Positions 20,442 through 29,866 of a stretch of 64,000 bases of DNA are shown in pieces. Each line of letters starts with the position of its first letter. Within the stretch, counting starts at the first letter, position 1. Both the position numbers and the translations under genes were made by a program. A model generated the notes under the pieces. That model was not told the origin of the DNA. It ran no database searches and saw only the letters and a program-made list of their open reading frames with translations. The DNA is from an uncultured Planctomycetia bacterium (lineage in GTDB: Bacteria; Omnitrophota; Gorgyraeia; CAYVEO01), in contig CAYVEO010000003.1 of assembly GCA_964449965.1 (NCBI GenBank), forward strand, positions 1,052 to 65,051, in the 5' to 3' direction.

Positions 20442-22756
20442 TCTAATCTTTCCTTCGCATATTTTCCTTCATCCCTGTCTAAACTTGATAATTTCTCATA
20501 GACCTTCTCCGCCTCATTCCACTTATTCTGGCCCTCCAATAGACGAGCCACGTTTAGCTGGGCATTGACAGGCCAGTAAGGGACGTCAGGGAATAGATAT
20601 GCTGCCTTTAGATACTCGCGTTCAGCATCTTCTATCCTGCCCTGTTTCTCGTAACATTCCCCTATCCGAAACTGAATTTGACAATTTCTTGAGTTTTTTT
20701 CAGCCGTAAGAGATTTATTATACGCCTCTATAGCCTCATCGTACCTGCCATCATCCATGGCGAGCCTTCCTAATTTTTCGTATGATTCCTTCTCAAAATT
20801 GGTATCCGGATATCGTCTAATTACCTCTTTAAGACAGGCTCTCGCATCTGATTTTAACCCCTTTTTCATTAATATCTCTGCCATGTAGAAGACGGACTGT
20901 GGAGCAAATGGGCTGCCTGAATAGGAATCCTTAAGTTTCTTGAAATACTCGGACGCCGCATCATATAATTCTTTATCATAGTAGTACTGACCCAGCCAGA
21001 ATTGGACCTCAGGCAGGACACCTCCGGTTGGATACTGGGATATGTAACTTTTAAAGACTGATACCGCCTCTTTCTCATCTCCCTTTGCATAATAGGAAAG
21101 ACCCAGCCCGTATGTCCCCCTGTGAAACTCATTACTATCAGGATACTCTTTCATTAATTGTTTAAATATTTTTATAGAGTCATCGTATCTTGAGCTATTG
21201 AACAACGCATTGCCTAACTGGTATAAGGCAGAAACCCTGACATCGTCTTCTTTGGGAAGCTTATCTATGAGCTTCTCAAATTGTCCTATGGCGCCCTTAA
21301 AGTCACCTCTCCTTACATACGAAAGACCTATCTGATACTCTGCCTTGCTGTGTAATTTACTTTTAGGAAAATTTATCAGCACGCTCTGGAATGCCAAAGC
21401 ACTTGCAGTAAAGTTTTCCATCTTAAAAAGGACTATACCTAACTGATACTGGGCATAATCACCGTATAAACTGTCCGTATACTCTTTTAATACCACCTCA
21501 TACGCCTCTATCGCCTTCTTAAACTCCTTCTTTTCAAGCCATATATCCCCTATTCTGCATAATGCGCTGGCTTTAAGATTTACACTTTTAGCACTATTGC
21601 GCACCCCTTCAAATTCACTTATCGCATTTAGATAATCACCTTTTTTGAGATAAGCCCATCCTAAGTTATATCTAAAATCATCCTTTAATTCACTGTTTGG
21701 AAAACGTTTTATCCCCTCGTTGTAAGATAAAATAGCATCGGCAAACCTCGTCATGGCATATAGGGCATCCCCTTTCCAGAATAAGGCATCATCATTGAAT
21801 TCACTATCCGGAAATCGCTTTAAGAGCTGGTCATATAGTTCGCACGCCTGAGCATATTCTCCCAGATTACCGTAACACTGCCCCATTCTTAACATGACCG
21901 AGTCCATAAGCGGGTCTTTAGAAAACCGTTCTGCAAAACCTTCAAATGCCTCTAAACTCTCTATATATTTCTTTAATTTGAAATATGTCCAACCAACACC
22001 ATATCTGGCATATGCTGACAATTGACCCTTAGGCAGTAATTTTATTGCCTCATTGTATTCCTCTATCGCCTGATTAAAATTGCCTGAATAGTAATTCGCC
22101 TCTCCAAGAAAATATCTTGCCTCAGCCTTTCTGGAACTCTCAGGATAATCCTTTAGAAATGCATTAAAGGACGATATAGTTTCATCAAATTTTTTCAGGT
22201 TATATAATGATTCGATTAACCTGAATCTGGAATCTTCTACTACTTTTTCATCCGGGAAATCCTTTATAACCTGATTAAATTGAGAAACGGCATCGTCAAA
22301 TCGCTTGAGTTTAAAATAAGACCACCCTATTGAATATAAGGCATATACCCTGTACTTAGAATCCGGATGGTTATTAATGACCTTATCGTAAAATTCTATC
22401 GCTCCTTTATAGTCCTCAGCCCCGGAATGGGTCTCTCCTGTCCAGTATAGGACCTCATCTTCAAATCTTGGACTGTGGACTAATTGCAATTCCTCCTTTG
22501 CCTTATAAAATTTACCTGAGTGGTAGTGACCTTTGCCAAGCAGGAGGTGCACCTCATCAAGCCATTCGCTTCTCGGGTAATTCTTTAAATACTCTTCTAA
22601 CTGTGATATGGCAATTTCATAAAACCCATCTTCAAACGTCCTCCTTGCTACAAGAAAATCCTCATATTCCCCCCCTTCCTTAGCATATAATAGATTGGCG
22701 TAATAGGAAGGAAAGACTAAAGACATGAAAACCAGAAGACATACCCATTTAGACAT
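20417..22756 (-). CDS. Large periplasmic TPR protein (CpoB/BamD-like repeats); start revised to 22756
   Basis: Signal peptide; many xxYPxSxxxxxAxYxxG repeats. Confidence 0.85.
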   Translation of the reverse strand: MSKWVCLLVFMSLVFPSYYANLLYAKEGGEYEDFLVARRTFEDGFYEIAISQLEEYLKNYPRSEWLDEVHLLLGKGHYHSGKFYKAKEELQLVHSPRFEDEVLYWTGETHSGAEDYKGAIEFYDKVINNHPDSKYRVYALYSIGWSYFKLKRFDDAVSQFNQVIKDFPDEKVVEDSRFRLIESLYNLKKFDETISSFNAFLKDYPESSRKAEARYFLGEANYYSGNFNQAIEEYNEAIKLLPKGQLSAYARYGVGWTYFKLKKYIESLEAFEGFAERFSKDPLMDSVMLRMGQCYGNLGEYAQACELYDQLLKRFPDSEFNDDALFWKGDALYAMTRFADAILSYNEGIKRFPNSELKDDFRYNLGWAYLKKGDYLNAISEFEGVRNSAKSVNLKASALCRIGDIWLEKKEFKKAIEAYEVVLKEYTDSLYGDYAQYQLGIVLFKMENFTASALAFQSVLINFPKSKLHSKAEYQIGLSYVRRGDFKGAIGQFEKLIDKLPKEDDVRVSALYQLGNALFNSSRYDDSIKIFKQLMKEYPDSNEFHRGTYGLGLSYYAKGDEKEAVSVFKSYISQYPTGGVLPEVQFWLGQYYYDKELYDAASEYFKKLKDSYSGSPFAPQSVFYMAEILMKKGLKSDARACLKEVIRRYPDTNFEKESYEKLGRLAMDDGRYDEAIEAYNKSLTAEKNSRNCQIQFRIGECYEKQGRIEDAEREYLKAAYLFPDVPYWPVNAQLNVARLLEGQNKWNEAEKVYEKLSSLDRDEGKYAKERLEWIKKNIK

Positions 22757-22762
22757 AATTTT

Positions 22763-22791
22763 ACTATACCACAAGATTTACCGTATTTCAA
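22763..22791 (-). promoter_or_regulatory. sigma70 promoter, probably giving a leaderless mRNA
   Basis: TTGAAA-17-TATAGT with TG extension; 6 nt to ATG 22756; no RBS. Confidence 0.55.
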
Positions 22792-22924
22792 GAAAATTCC
22801 TCACTTCGCTTTCGCTCAGTTCGTCATTTCTTATACTTTACTATACTTCAAGGATTTTTTAGAATTTTATGAAAAAATGAGGTGATAGAAATGGTTGAGC
22901 AAAAGATAAGGACACGAGGGACAA

Positions 22925-23425
22925 CTAAACATTTACCAATGTGTCTAAATAGTTGATGAAACGCCCAATCTCTTCTCTCAACAAATTTACTATCTTTGGT
23001 AATTCCCTGGAGAGAATCTTTACACGTTCAGGGTCTAAAAGAAATCCGTAGACATTACGAAATACGTGCCTGAATCCAAGATAATTATGGAGTCTTGCTG
23101 AAAGTTCATCAGATATTACTGATGGACGAACACCATCAATATTCAAACTCATATCTATAAGAATCTGTTTATGCCAATCCTGACCAACAGGAATTCCTCC
23201 GTTCAACTCATGAGCAATACGTCGGAAGATTGCCTCAACACCGTTATAAAAATCGTGGAGTATGGAGCCGGCTGCTCTAATATCATAAGGAGACGGTTCA
23301 GAAGCGTTAATCTTTTCTTGCAATCCTATCAGTTCTTGTTCAAGTCTATTTAATTGCTCTATCTCACGCTCAATTTCTGCTTTAAGACGCAGGAGTTTTT
23401 GTTTCTCCTCTGATGGTCCCTCCAT
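22925..23425 (-). CDS. HEPN (HepT-like) ribonuclease toxin
   Basis: LHDFYNGVE, WHKQIL, FRHVFRNVYG; coupled to the upstream MNT gene. Confidence 0.8.
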   Translation of the reverse strand: MEGPSEEKQKLLRLKAEIEREIEQLNRLEQELIGLQEKINASEPSPYDIRAAGSILHDFYNGVEAIFRRIAHELNGGIPVGQDWHKQILIDMSLNIDGVRPSVISDELSARLHNYLGFRHVFRNVYGFLLDPERVKILSRELPKIVNLLREEIGRFINYLDTLVNV

Positions 23426-23792
23426 ATAAGAGCCTCCCTTCTTTCATGATTTTTCCCTTCAAATCCTGTGGACAATCTTCCAGTGGAACTATGTTGACAA
23501 TAAATTCTTTACCTTCAGACAGATGGCCAACTGCCTCAAAGTATCGAATACCGTTCAATCCTTCAACAGCCAGGTCAATATCAGAACCCCTCATAAAATC
23601 ATATCCTCTTGCTAAGGACCCAAAGAGATATATCTGACGCGCTTTGTATTCTTTTACCAAAATCTGAGATATAGAACTCGCCGTGCGTAAGGCATCCTTT
23701 CTTAAAGATAACCTCTCCTTCTGTTCGGCAGTAAGTTTTTCTCTCCATGCTTGAATATATTTTTTATAATCCATAAATACCCCTGACCTCAT
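23382..23792 (-). CDS. Minimal nucleotidyltransferase antitoxin (MNT)
   Basis: YLFGSLARG..SDIDLAV. Confidence 0.85.
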   Translation of the reverse strand: MRSGVFMDYKKYIQAWREKLTAEQKERLSLRKDALRTASSISQILVKEYKARQIYLFGSLARGYDFMRGSDIDLAVEGLNGIRYFEAVGHLSEGKEFIVNIVPLEDCPQDLKGKIMKEGRLLYGGTIRGETKTPAS

Positions 23793-23964
23793 AAATTTTT
23801 ATTCATCCATCTAATATCTTACCACAAATTTCTCAAAAAGCAAGGAAAATTAAAAAAATTTTTGTAAGGATTGGGTAGGATCTTGATAATTATCCCATAC
23901 ATCCACCTTTCCTATACCCCATTTAAAACATCCGGATTCAAAAGTCATCGCAGTAAGGTCACCA

Positions 23965-24159
23965 TTACCGAGTGGAGCCCCACACTGCCAGTAGGGTAGA
24001 TTTTCCAGACCTCCTTACTCCAACGATGGATATAACCTTATCAGTGTTTATAAACTTTAATATTTTTTTCAGATGGTTTTCCCGGGGATAACCTGTGTTT
24101 AAATCATTCTTCCAGAAATTCCACGTGTTTAATATCTCAATAATTCTTTCCTTATTCAT
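23965..24159 (-). pseudogene. Truncated AAA_14/DUF4143-type ATPase
   Basis: WNFW..R..L..ISIVGVRRSGKSTLL Walker A, then a stop after 7 unrelated residues. Confidence 0.7.
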
Positions 24160-24176
24160 ATTACAAATCTCCTTAT

Positions 24177-24200
24177 ATTTGTCATTTGTATATGACAAAT
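24177..24200. promoter_or_regulatory. Inverted-repeat operator upstream of the ATPase remnant
   Basis: ATTTGTCAT-ttgtat-ATGACAAAT, just downstream of a minus-strand TTGACA. Confidence 0.45.
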
Positions 24201-24245
24201 ATGCAATATCTCCTTCAAAATGTCAAGTTTTAATTTTACGGATAA

Positions 24246-25298
24246 TTACTCATATTTTAACAAAGCCGCATAGCCTGAAAATCCTGCCCCAAAAGAAGCC
24301 ATGATAATGTTATCGCCTCTCTTGAGCCTTCCTTTTTCAAGGATGTCTCTTAATATATACAGGACTGTAGGTGAAGACATGTTCCCGTATAGAGAAAGCA
24401 CCCTTCTGGAATATGATAGGGCTTCTTGATTTAATCCTAAGACACTTTGAATTCTATCCAGCACCCTTCTACCACCGGGATGTATAGCCCAAAACGTGAT
24501 ATCCTTCATCTTTAAATGGTTCTTCTTAAGTATAGAATCTGTTATTTCTTTAATGAGAGATGATGCTATATCAGGGATAGTCTTCTTTATAACATTCCTG
24601 AGTATGGAATTTTCTATTTTGAACCTCAATTCATCTCTATGCTCAGTCAGAATCCTGGATGAAAAATCCTTGAATCTTAATCCATTAATACCGTTCTTAT
24701 TAGTAAGGATACACGCTGCAGCCCCATCTCCAAATATTGAATTAGATAAAATTAATTCCGGGTCGTTACCCCATGAAGCTGCTGATGAGCATATCTCTGT
24801 ACATAGGACAAGTGCATTTGAATTATTATTAGCCTTCAAAAAATTATAAGCCCCCTGCAAGGCTGGCAACGCCGCTCCACAACCCATGCCAACGATGTCG
24901 TTCAGGTAAATGTCCCTTCTGAATCTGCCTTTTTCAACGATATATGATGTCAGACCCGGACATAGATAGCCAGTGCAAGTAGTGGTTATAAGACAATCTA
25001 TATCTTCTTCTTTTATCGTTGAATGCTTGAAGCATTTCTTTAGAGAAGCCATAGATAAACCAACGGCCTTTTTCTGGAATCTATCAATTATAATATCCTG
25101 ATTCTCTATAAAAATGTCTTCAACCTTATCCAATGCGAAATATCTCGCATTTATCCCCCCATCCCGCAGAAATCTTTTATATAGGATTTTCTCCTCTTGA
25201 GAGATGTTTTTGGAACTAAGGAGGAATTGCAATGCCTCATCCTGGGATAATTTTAGTTTGGGATTCGCAGTACTTATATTGGCAATTTTAATGTCCAT
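24246..25298 (-). CDS. Type III polyketide synthase (chalcone-synthase-like)
   Basis: Catalytic Cys (GMGCGA), His (IHPGG) and Asn (YGNMSS); FGDGAAA; FGAG. Confidence 0.92.
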   Translation of the reverse strand: MDIKIANISTANPKLKLSQDEALQFLLSSKNISQEEKILYKRFLRDGGINARYFALDKVEDIFIENQDIIIDRFQKKAVGLSMASLKKCFKHSTIKEEDIDCLITTTCTGYLCPGLTSYIVEKGRFRRDIYLNDIVGMGCGAALPALQGAYNFLKANNNSNALVLCTEICSSAASWGNDPELILSNSIFGDGAAACILTNKNGINGLRFKDFSSRILTEHRDELRFKIENSILRNVIKKTIPDIASSLIKEITDSILKKNHLKMKDITFWAIHPGGRRVLDRIQSVLGLNQEALSYSRRVLSLYGNMSSPTVLYILRDILEKGRLKRGDNIIMASFGAGFSGYAALLKYE

Positions 25299-25327
25299 AG
25301 ATTAATATAAAGAAGAGCATGAGGAAT

Positions 25328-25350
25328 GTAGGACAGGTGTCTCGCCTGTC
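25328..25350 (+). repeat. GTAG REP-like hairpin
   Basis: GTAGGACAGGTGTCTCGCCTGTC, same family as 1043-1065. Confidence 0.8.
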
Positions 25351-25359
25351 AATGGAATT

Positions 25360-25470
25360 TCAAAAATACTGCGCGAGTTCTATGAACTGGAGAATAATGA
25401 TGCACAATACCAGCGCGACTGAAATTACCAACAATATCTTAAAAGGTTTATCCTTATTGATATCTGACAT
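25360..25470 (-). CDS. Putative 36-aa single-TM small protein (not in the ORF track)
   Basis: MSDINKDKPFKILLVISVALVLCIIILQFIELAQYF; overlaps the end of the upstream gene. Confidence 0.5.
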   Translation of the reverse strand: MSDINKDKPFKILLVISVALVLCIIILQFIELAQYF

Positions 25471-26209
25471 GGTCATCTTCTTTTATACCTGCCTGTCTAT
25501 ATTCTGGGAGAATAACTGCTGAGGACATATTATCATAAACATCTTCTACCTTTATCTTACCTATCGTGTTACTATTCCTGACTATCGTCAATATCATTCC
25601 AGGTTCTATCGTGCTTCTGCGTCCCAGATTAGTTACTACAAAATTAAACTCCTTATTTACAACCAGGACCTGTCCTTCTATTTCTCCTTTTGGTCTGACT
25701 ACCACAGGTTTAAGTCCAACCCCTCCGGCAACCAATTCCTGCATATTCTCTTCAAGTTGTTCCTTGGCAAATCTGATTTGAGCAAGTTCTTCCTGGATAA
25801 CCTTGTTCTCCTCTTTCAATTTATCAATAGAAGCAGTCAAGCCCTCTACTTCCCTTTTTGAACCTTCCAGCGAAGAGTTTAATCTTTCCACATCCTTTTC
25901 CTTCTCTGCCAGATTCTGGGCAAGTTCATCCTTAGCACGCCTTTCAGTAACAATCTCTTCCTCAAGGGTACGTGCCCTTTCCTTCTCCCTGACAAGTTCT
26001 GATTCGGCAGTCTCTTTTAATTTTGTCATATTACCCAGGTCCACTTCTACCTTGGCTTTTTCCTGCGTCACAGTTGTAAGTTGGGTCTCTGCCTGAACCC
26101 TCTTGGACTTCTCATTGACCTTTACAGCAAACAATCTTAATACCACTAAAAAAGAAACTACGCTTACCACAAATAGTGCCATTATACTTATCTTCATTAA
26201 CTTATTCAT
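25454..26209 (-). CDS. Membrane-anchored coiled-coil protein with a C-terminal beta domain
   Basis: TM helix, long heptad region, then GQVLVVNKEFNFVVTNLG. Confidence 0.75.
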   Translation of the reverse strand: MNKLMKISIMALFVVSVVSFLVVLRLFAVKVNEKSKRVQAETQLTTVTQEKAKVEVDLGNMTKLKETAESELVREKERARTLEEEIVTERRAKDELAQNLAEKEKDVERLNSSLEGSKREVEGLTASIDKLKEENKVIQEELAQIRFAKEQLEENMQELVAGGVGLKPVVVRPKGEIEGQVLVVNKEFNFVVTNLGRRSTIEPGMILTIVRNSNTIGKIKVEDVYDNMSSAVILPEYRQAGIKEDDHVRYQ

Positions 26210-26227
26210 AACCCACTCCTCTCTTGA

Positions 26228-26275
26228 TTAAGCCCCGACGTAACGTCGGGGCAACTACAATATTTGAAATCCCTG
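26228..26275 (-). repeat. REP-like family B copy in a 5' UTR
   Basis: CAGGGATTTCAAATATT-GTAG-TT-GCCCCGACGT-T-ACGTCGGGGC-TTAAT. Confidence 0.85.
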
Positions 26276-26286
26276 AATATGCTCTT

Positions 26287-26314
26287 ATTATACTAACAGT
26301 ATATAAAAAGTCAA
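26287..26314 (-). promoter_or_regulatory. sigma70 promoter
   Basis: TTGACT-16-TATAAT. Confidence 0.55.
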
Positions 26315-26327
26315 TCTTTTTTTGTTC

Positions 26328-27839
26328 CTACTCAAATTTTATGTCCCATTTTTTAAACAGGGTGCCTTTGACATTTTCTAAGTTAGCAATAGATTTATTA
26401 TAGTCTATCGTTGCCTTCAGGCTATTTGACCGAGCCTTTGCCACGTCATTTTGAAATTCTAAAAGGTTGTGACTCGTAGCCAGCCCTTCTTCAAATCGTT
26501 TCTTCTCAGTCTCCAACTTACTCTCTTCCAATTGCAGGGCTATCTTATTAGACTCTATCCTGTTAAGGTCGGTTGCTATCTGCCGCACAGCCTCTCTCGC
26601 CTCCATGACAATATCCTGCTCTAATTTTTTAAACTTAACAAGTATCTGCATCTTCTCCAGTTTACTCTGCATATAGTCACTCCTGGCAGACTGATTCCCC
26701 CACGGCACTTGGACAGATAACCCGACTGACCATGAAGGGAAATCACCTGAACCTATATCATTCAGGCTGGATTCGTATTCTCTGCCCAAGCCGTTAATGC
26801 CAAGACTTCCTACAAGGTCTAAGGTTGGAAGAAGCTGATTCTTTGTCACCTTAAGACGGATGTCCTTATTCAGGATGTCCTTTTTAAGTCCAAGATAATC
26901 AGGGCGGTTCTCAAAGGCAGCGGCTATGCAATTCACTATATCCTGTCGTTCCATTTCTACCACAGGGCTGTCAGTAGGTTCTACATCCTTATCCCAGAGT
27001 GTCATATCGTCAATCATATGAGTCATTGATTTGAGTTTATCCGATGCATCCCGGACACTATCCTTTGCAGATATAATCTCAAGAGAACGGTTTGCTACAC
27101 CAGTCTCAGCCTCCAGGACATCAATAGGCGGCAGGAGACCGACGTCTACCTTGGCTTTGTTTATCTCAAGCAAATCCTTAGCCTCTTTCAAGGATAGTTC
27201 CTTCACCTTCAGGTCTTCTATCGCATAAACCATGTCCCAGTAGACCTTTTCCACGTCTAATACTGTCCTCATCACCTGAGCCTTGAACATCTCTTCTGAT
27301 ATTTCCTTATTGTTCCTGGCTATCACAATCCCTGACTCATTTACTGCTTTTCCAAAGTCTTTTAACAATGGCTGGGTCCACTCCCATAAAAGATTGGTTC
27401 CATAGGCTGGATTAGGGGACTGGAAAAATGCATTACTTTCATACCTGTTATTATAGAACTTCAATTCATAATTGCCGCCGGTTATCAACTTCTGCTCTAT
27501 CCCTGTATTCATATTAACTTGTTCCACAATAGATATATCAGCACCTGTAAGGAACGACGTCGCTGAAGGGATTTCAGACCTTTCATCAGTAATATCTATT
27601 GTCCAGACGGGGTCAAATTCAGCTAATTCTCTGGTTATATTAGTGTCCTGAATCAGGGGATTAAATCCCTCTATCTTTATATCCGGATTATTATTTAGTG
27701 CTAATCTTATACAATCCTGTAATGATAACCTCATTACCTCTTCATTCCCCGCGGCATTATCTCCGCCCCACCAGAGAAGCAGAAGAAATGTCACGAAGAC
27801 AAGTGATGTATTATGCCACGCCTTATCTTTTATGTACAT
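26328..27839 (-). CDS. TolC-family outer membrane efflux protein
   Basis: LSLQDCIRLALNNN, QPLLK, YWD, LLPTLDL, two OEP repeats. Confidence 0.85.
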   Translation of the reverse strand: MYIKDKAWHNTSLVFVTFLLLLWWGGDNAAGNEEVMRLSLQDCIRLALNNNPDIKIEGFNPLIQDTNITRELAEFDPVWTIDITDERSEIPSATSFLTGADISIVEQVNMNTGIEQKLITGGNYELKFYNNRYESNAFFQSPNPAYGTNLLWEWTQPLLKDFGKAVNESGIVIARNNKEISEEMFKAQVMRTVLDVEKVYWDMVYAIEDLKVKELSLKEAKDLLEINKAKVDVGLLPPIDVLEAETGVANRSLEIISAKDSVRDASDKLKSMTHMIDDMTLWDKDVEPTDSPVVEMERQDIVNCIAAAFENRPDYLGLKKDILNKDIRLKVTKNQLLPTLDLVGSLGINGLGREYESSLNDIGSGDFPSWSVGLSVQVPWGNQSARSDYMQSKLEKMQILVKFKKLEQDIVMEAREAVRQIATDLNRIESNKIALQLEESKLETEKKRFEEGLATSHNLLEFQNDVAKARSNSLKATIDYNKSIANLENVKGTLFKKWDIKFE

Positions 27840-27859
27840 TACTTCTCCCCTTATCTTTA

Positions 27860-27904
27860 ATTAAGCCGAGCAAGCTCGGCAACTACAATATTTTGGAATT
27901 CCTG
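27860..27904 (-). repeat. REP-like family B variant
   Basis: CAGGAATTCCAAAATATT-GTAG-TT-GCCGAGC-TT-GCTCGGC-TTAAT; same flanks, different stem. Confidence 0.8.
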
Positions 27905-28462
27905 CTAAGACCTTATCAATGACATTGCCTCAGCCCTGGTCTTCTCATTTTCCTTGAATATGCCCCTCACTACACTCGTTATGGTCATTGTCCCTGGCTT
28001 CTTCACGCCGCGCATACTGATACACATATGCTCTGCCTCTATGATAACCATAACCCCCATGGGTTTGAGTTTCCGCATGATAATCTCAGCTATATCTGTA
28101 GTAAGCCTTTCCTGAACCTGCAATCGCCTGGACAGTGTATCAACCACACGGACTAATTTACTCAATCCTGTAACCCTGTCACCTTTTGGAATATACGCCA
28201 CATGTGCCTTTCCAATAAACGGAAGTAAATGGTGTTCACACACAGAATAGATGGGAATATCCTTTAACAAAACTATCTCTTCATGGTTCTGTGCTAATAA
28301 AACCTCCAACTCCTCCTCCGGGTCCTGCCCCATACCGCTGAATATCTCCTGATACATCTCAGCAACCCTGTAAGGGGTCTTGGACAAGTCTTTGCGAGAC
28401 AAATCTGCACCGAGCCCTTCCAATACCATTTTCATCCCTTTTTCTATCTTAACCTTATCCAC
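27905..28462 (-). CDS. folE: GTP cyclohydrolase I
   Basis: [30 protein letters not shown]. Confidence 0.96.
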   Translation of the reverse strand: MDKVKIEKGMKMVLEGLGADLSRKDLSKTPYRVAEMYQEIFSGMGQDPEEELEVLLAQNHEEIVLLKDIPIYSVCEHHLLPFIGKAHVAYIPKGDRVTGLSKLVRVVDTLSRRLQVQERLTTDIAEIIMRKLKPMGVMVIIEAEHMCISMRGVKKPGTMTITSVVRGIFKENEKTRAEAMSLIRS

Positions 28463-28474
28463 TTTACCTCCTCC

Positions 28475-29866
28475 TTATTTCCCAATGCAAAACTGAGAGA
28501 ATATAAATTTCAGAACATCTTCAGTAACAACTTCTCCTGTTACCTCGCCTAATCCCTCCAGTGCCTCTTTAATGTCAATCGCAGCAAGTTCTGCAGGCAT
28601 TTCTTTATTTAGACCATCAATAGCCCTGTCTAAAGCCTCTTCAGCCCTTCGGACCAAATCCCTGTGCCTGATATTGGTAATAATCACTTCATCATTCGCT
28701 GCTATCTTACCTCCCCAGACCATGTCACTAATAGAATCTTCCAATGACTCTAACCCTAATCTGCAAGCGGCAGAGACCTCAACGATGGTATTGCCGGACA
28801 ATAATCCTGCCACCTCTTGAATGTCTAACCTCCTTGGTCTATCTATCTTATTGATGACCACTATTGCCTTCTTTTTAGTCAGGCTTCCCAGTATTCTCCT
28901 GTCATCCGTAGAAAGCGCCTCGCTTCCATCTAATACTGCCAATATCAGGTCTGCCTTCTCAACGCAATCCCATGACCTCTCTATACCTTTTTGCTCAATG
29001 AGTTCTTGTGATTCAGTAATACCTGCAGTATCAGCTATTCTTAACAGGATACCTCTAACATTCACTGCCTCCTCTATCACATCTCTCGTAGTCCCTGGTA
29101 TAGGCGTAACAATTGCCCGCTCTTCTTTTAATAATGCATTCAATAATGATGATTTGCCTACATTTGGCCTGCCGCAGAGCACTGTGAATAAACCGTTTCT
29201 CAATATTATTCCTGTAGAACTTGTCTCTAACAATTTTTTTAACTTCATCTTCAATTCTATCAACTCGTCTTTTATGCTGGCTTGAGATAGCACCTCTATA
29301 TCATCTTCAGGGAAATCTATAGATGCCTCTATGTTTGCATAAATCTCAAAGAGTTTTTTCTTAACACATTCTAAATATTTTGAAAGTCCCCCGTCTAATT
29401 GGCGAACTGCAGTCTTAAGTCCTGCATCAGTCTTTGCATGGACAATGTCCAGGACTGCCTCTGCCTGGGAAAGGTCTATCCTTCCATTCAAGAATGCCCT
29501 TTCAGTAAACTCACCCTGCCTCGCCAGCCTTCCCCCCATACTTAAAGTCAATTCCAGGACCTTTCTCATCGCCACGAGCCCGCCGTGGCAGTTGACCTCA
29601 ACGATGTCCTCTTTGGTGTAGGTACGGGGTGCACGCATTACCGTAAGAAGGACCTCATCCAGGACATCCCCATTCTCATCCATGATATGACCATAATGGG
29701 TCGTGAATGACTTTGCCCCTGTAATCACCTTCTTTCTATCTGCAGGACAAAATATCTTGCTTGCGATAAGAATAGCATTTCTACCGCTCATCCGCACTAT
29801 CCCTATCCCGCCCTCTCCTATAGGTGTAGAAATAGCAACTATCGTGTCATCAGTACCATTAATCAT
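28475..29866 (-). CDS. mnmE: tRNA modification GTPase
   Basis: DTIVAISTP, GRPNVGKS, GTTRD, DTAG, FCIGK. Confidence 0.97.
   Translation of the reverse strand: MINGTDDTIVAISTPIGEGGIGIVRMSGRNAILIASKIFCPADRKKVITGAKSFTTHYGHIMDENGDVLDEVLLTVMRAPRTYTKEDIVEVNCHGGLVAMRKVLELTLSMGGRLARQGEFTERAFLNGRIDLSQAEAVLDIVHAKTDAGLKTAVRQLDGGLSKYLECVKKKLFEIYANIEASIDFPEDDIEVLSQASIKDELIELKMKLKKLLETSSTGIILRNGLFTVLCGRPNVGKSSLLNALLKEERAIVTPIPGTTRDVIEEAVNVRGILLRIADTAGITESQELIEQKGIERSWDCVEKADLILAVLDGSEALSTDDRRILGSLTKKKAIVVINKIDRPRRLDIQEVAGLLSGNTIVEVSAACRLGLESLEDSISDMVWGGKIAANDEVIITNIRHRDLVRRAEEALDRAIDGLNKEMPAELAAIDIKEALEGLGEVTGEVVTEDVLKFIFSQFCIGK

Noticed and set aside
22798-22835. TTCGCTTTCGCTCAGTTCG segment as another repeat family
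   Set aside because: Only one copy is in the window and it has no convincing stem, so it cannot be supported.
23850-23995. Short open frame after the truncated ATPase (..GDLTAMTFESGCFKWG..)
   Set aside because: No start or RBS and no recognisable family; at most a fragment of a deleted gene.
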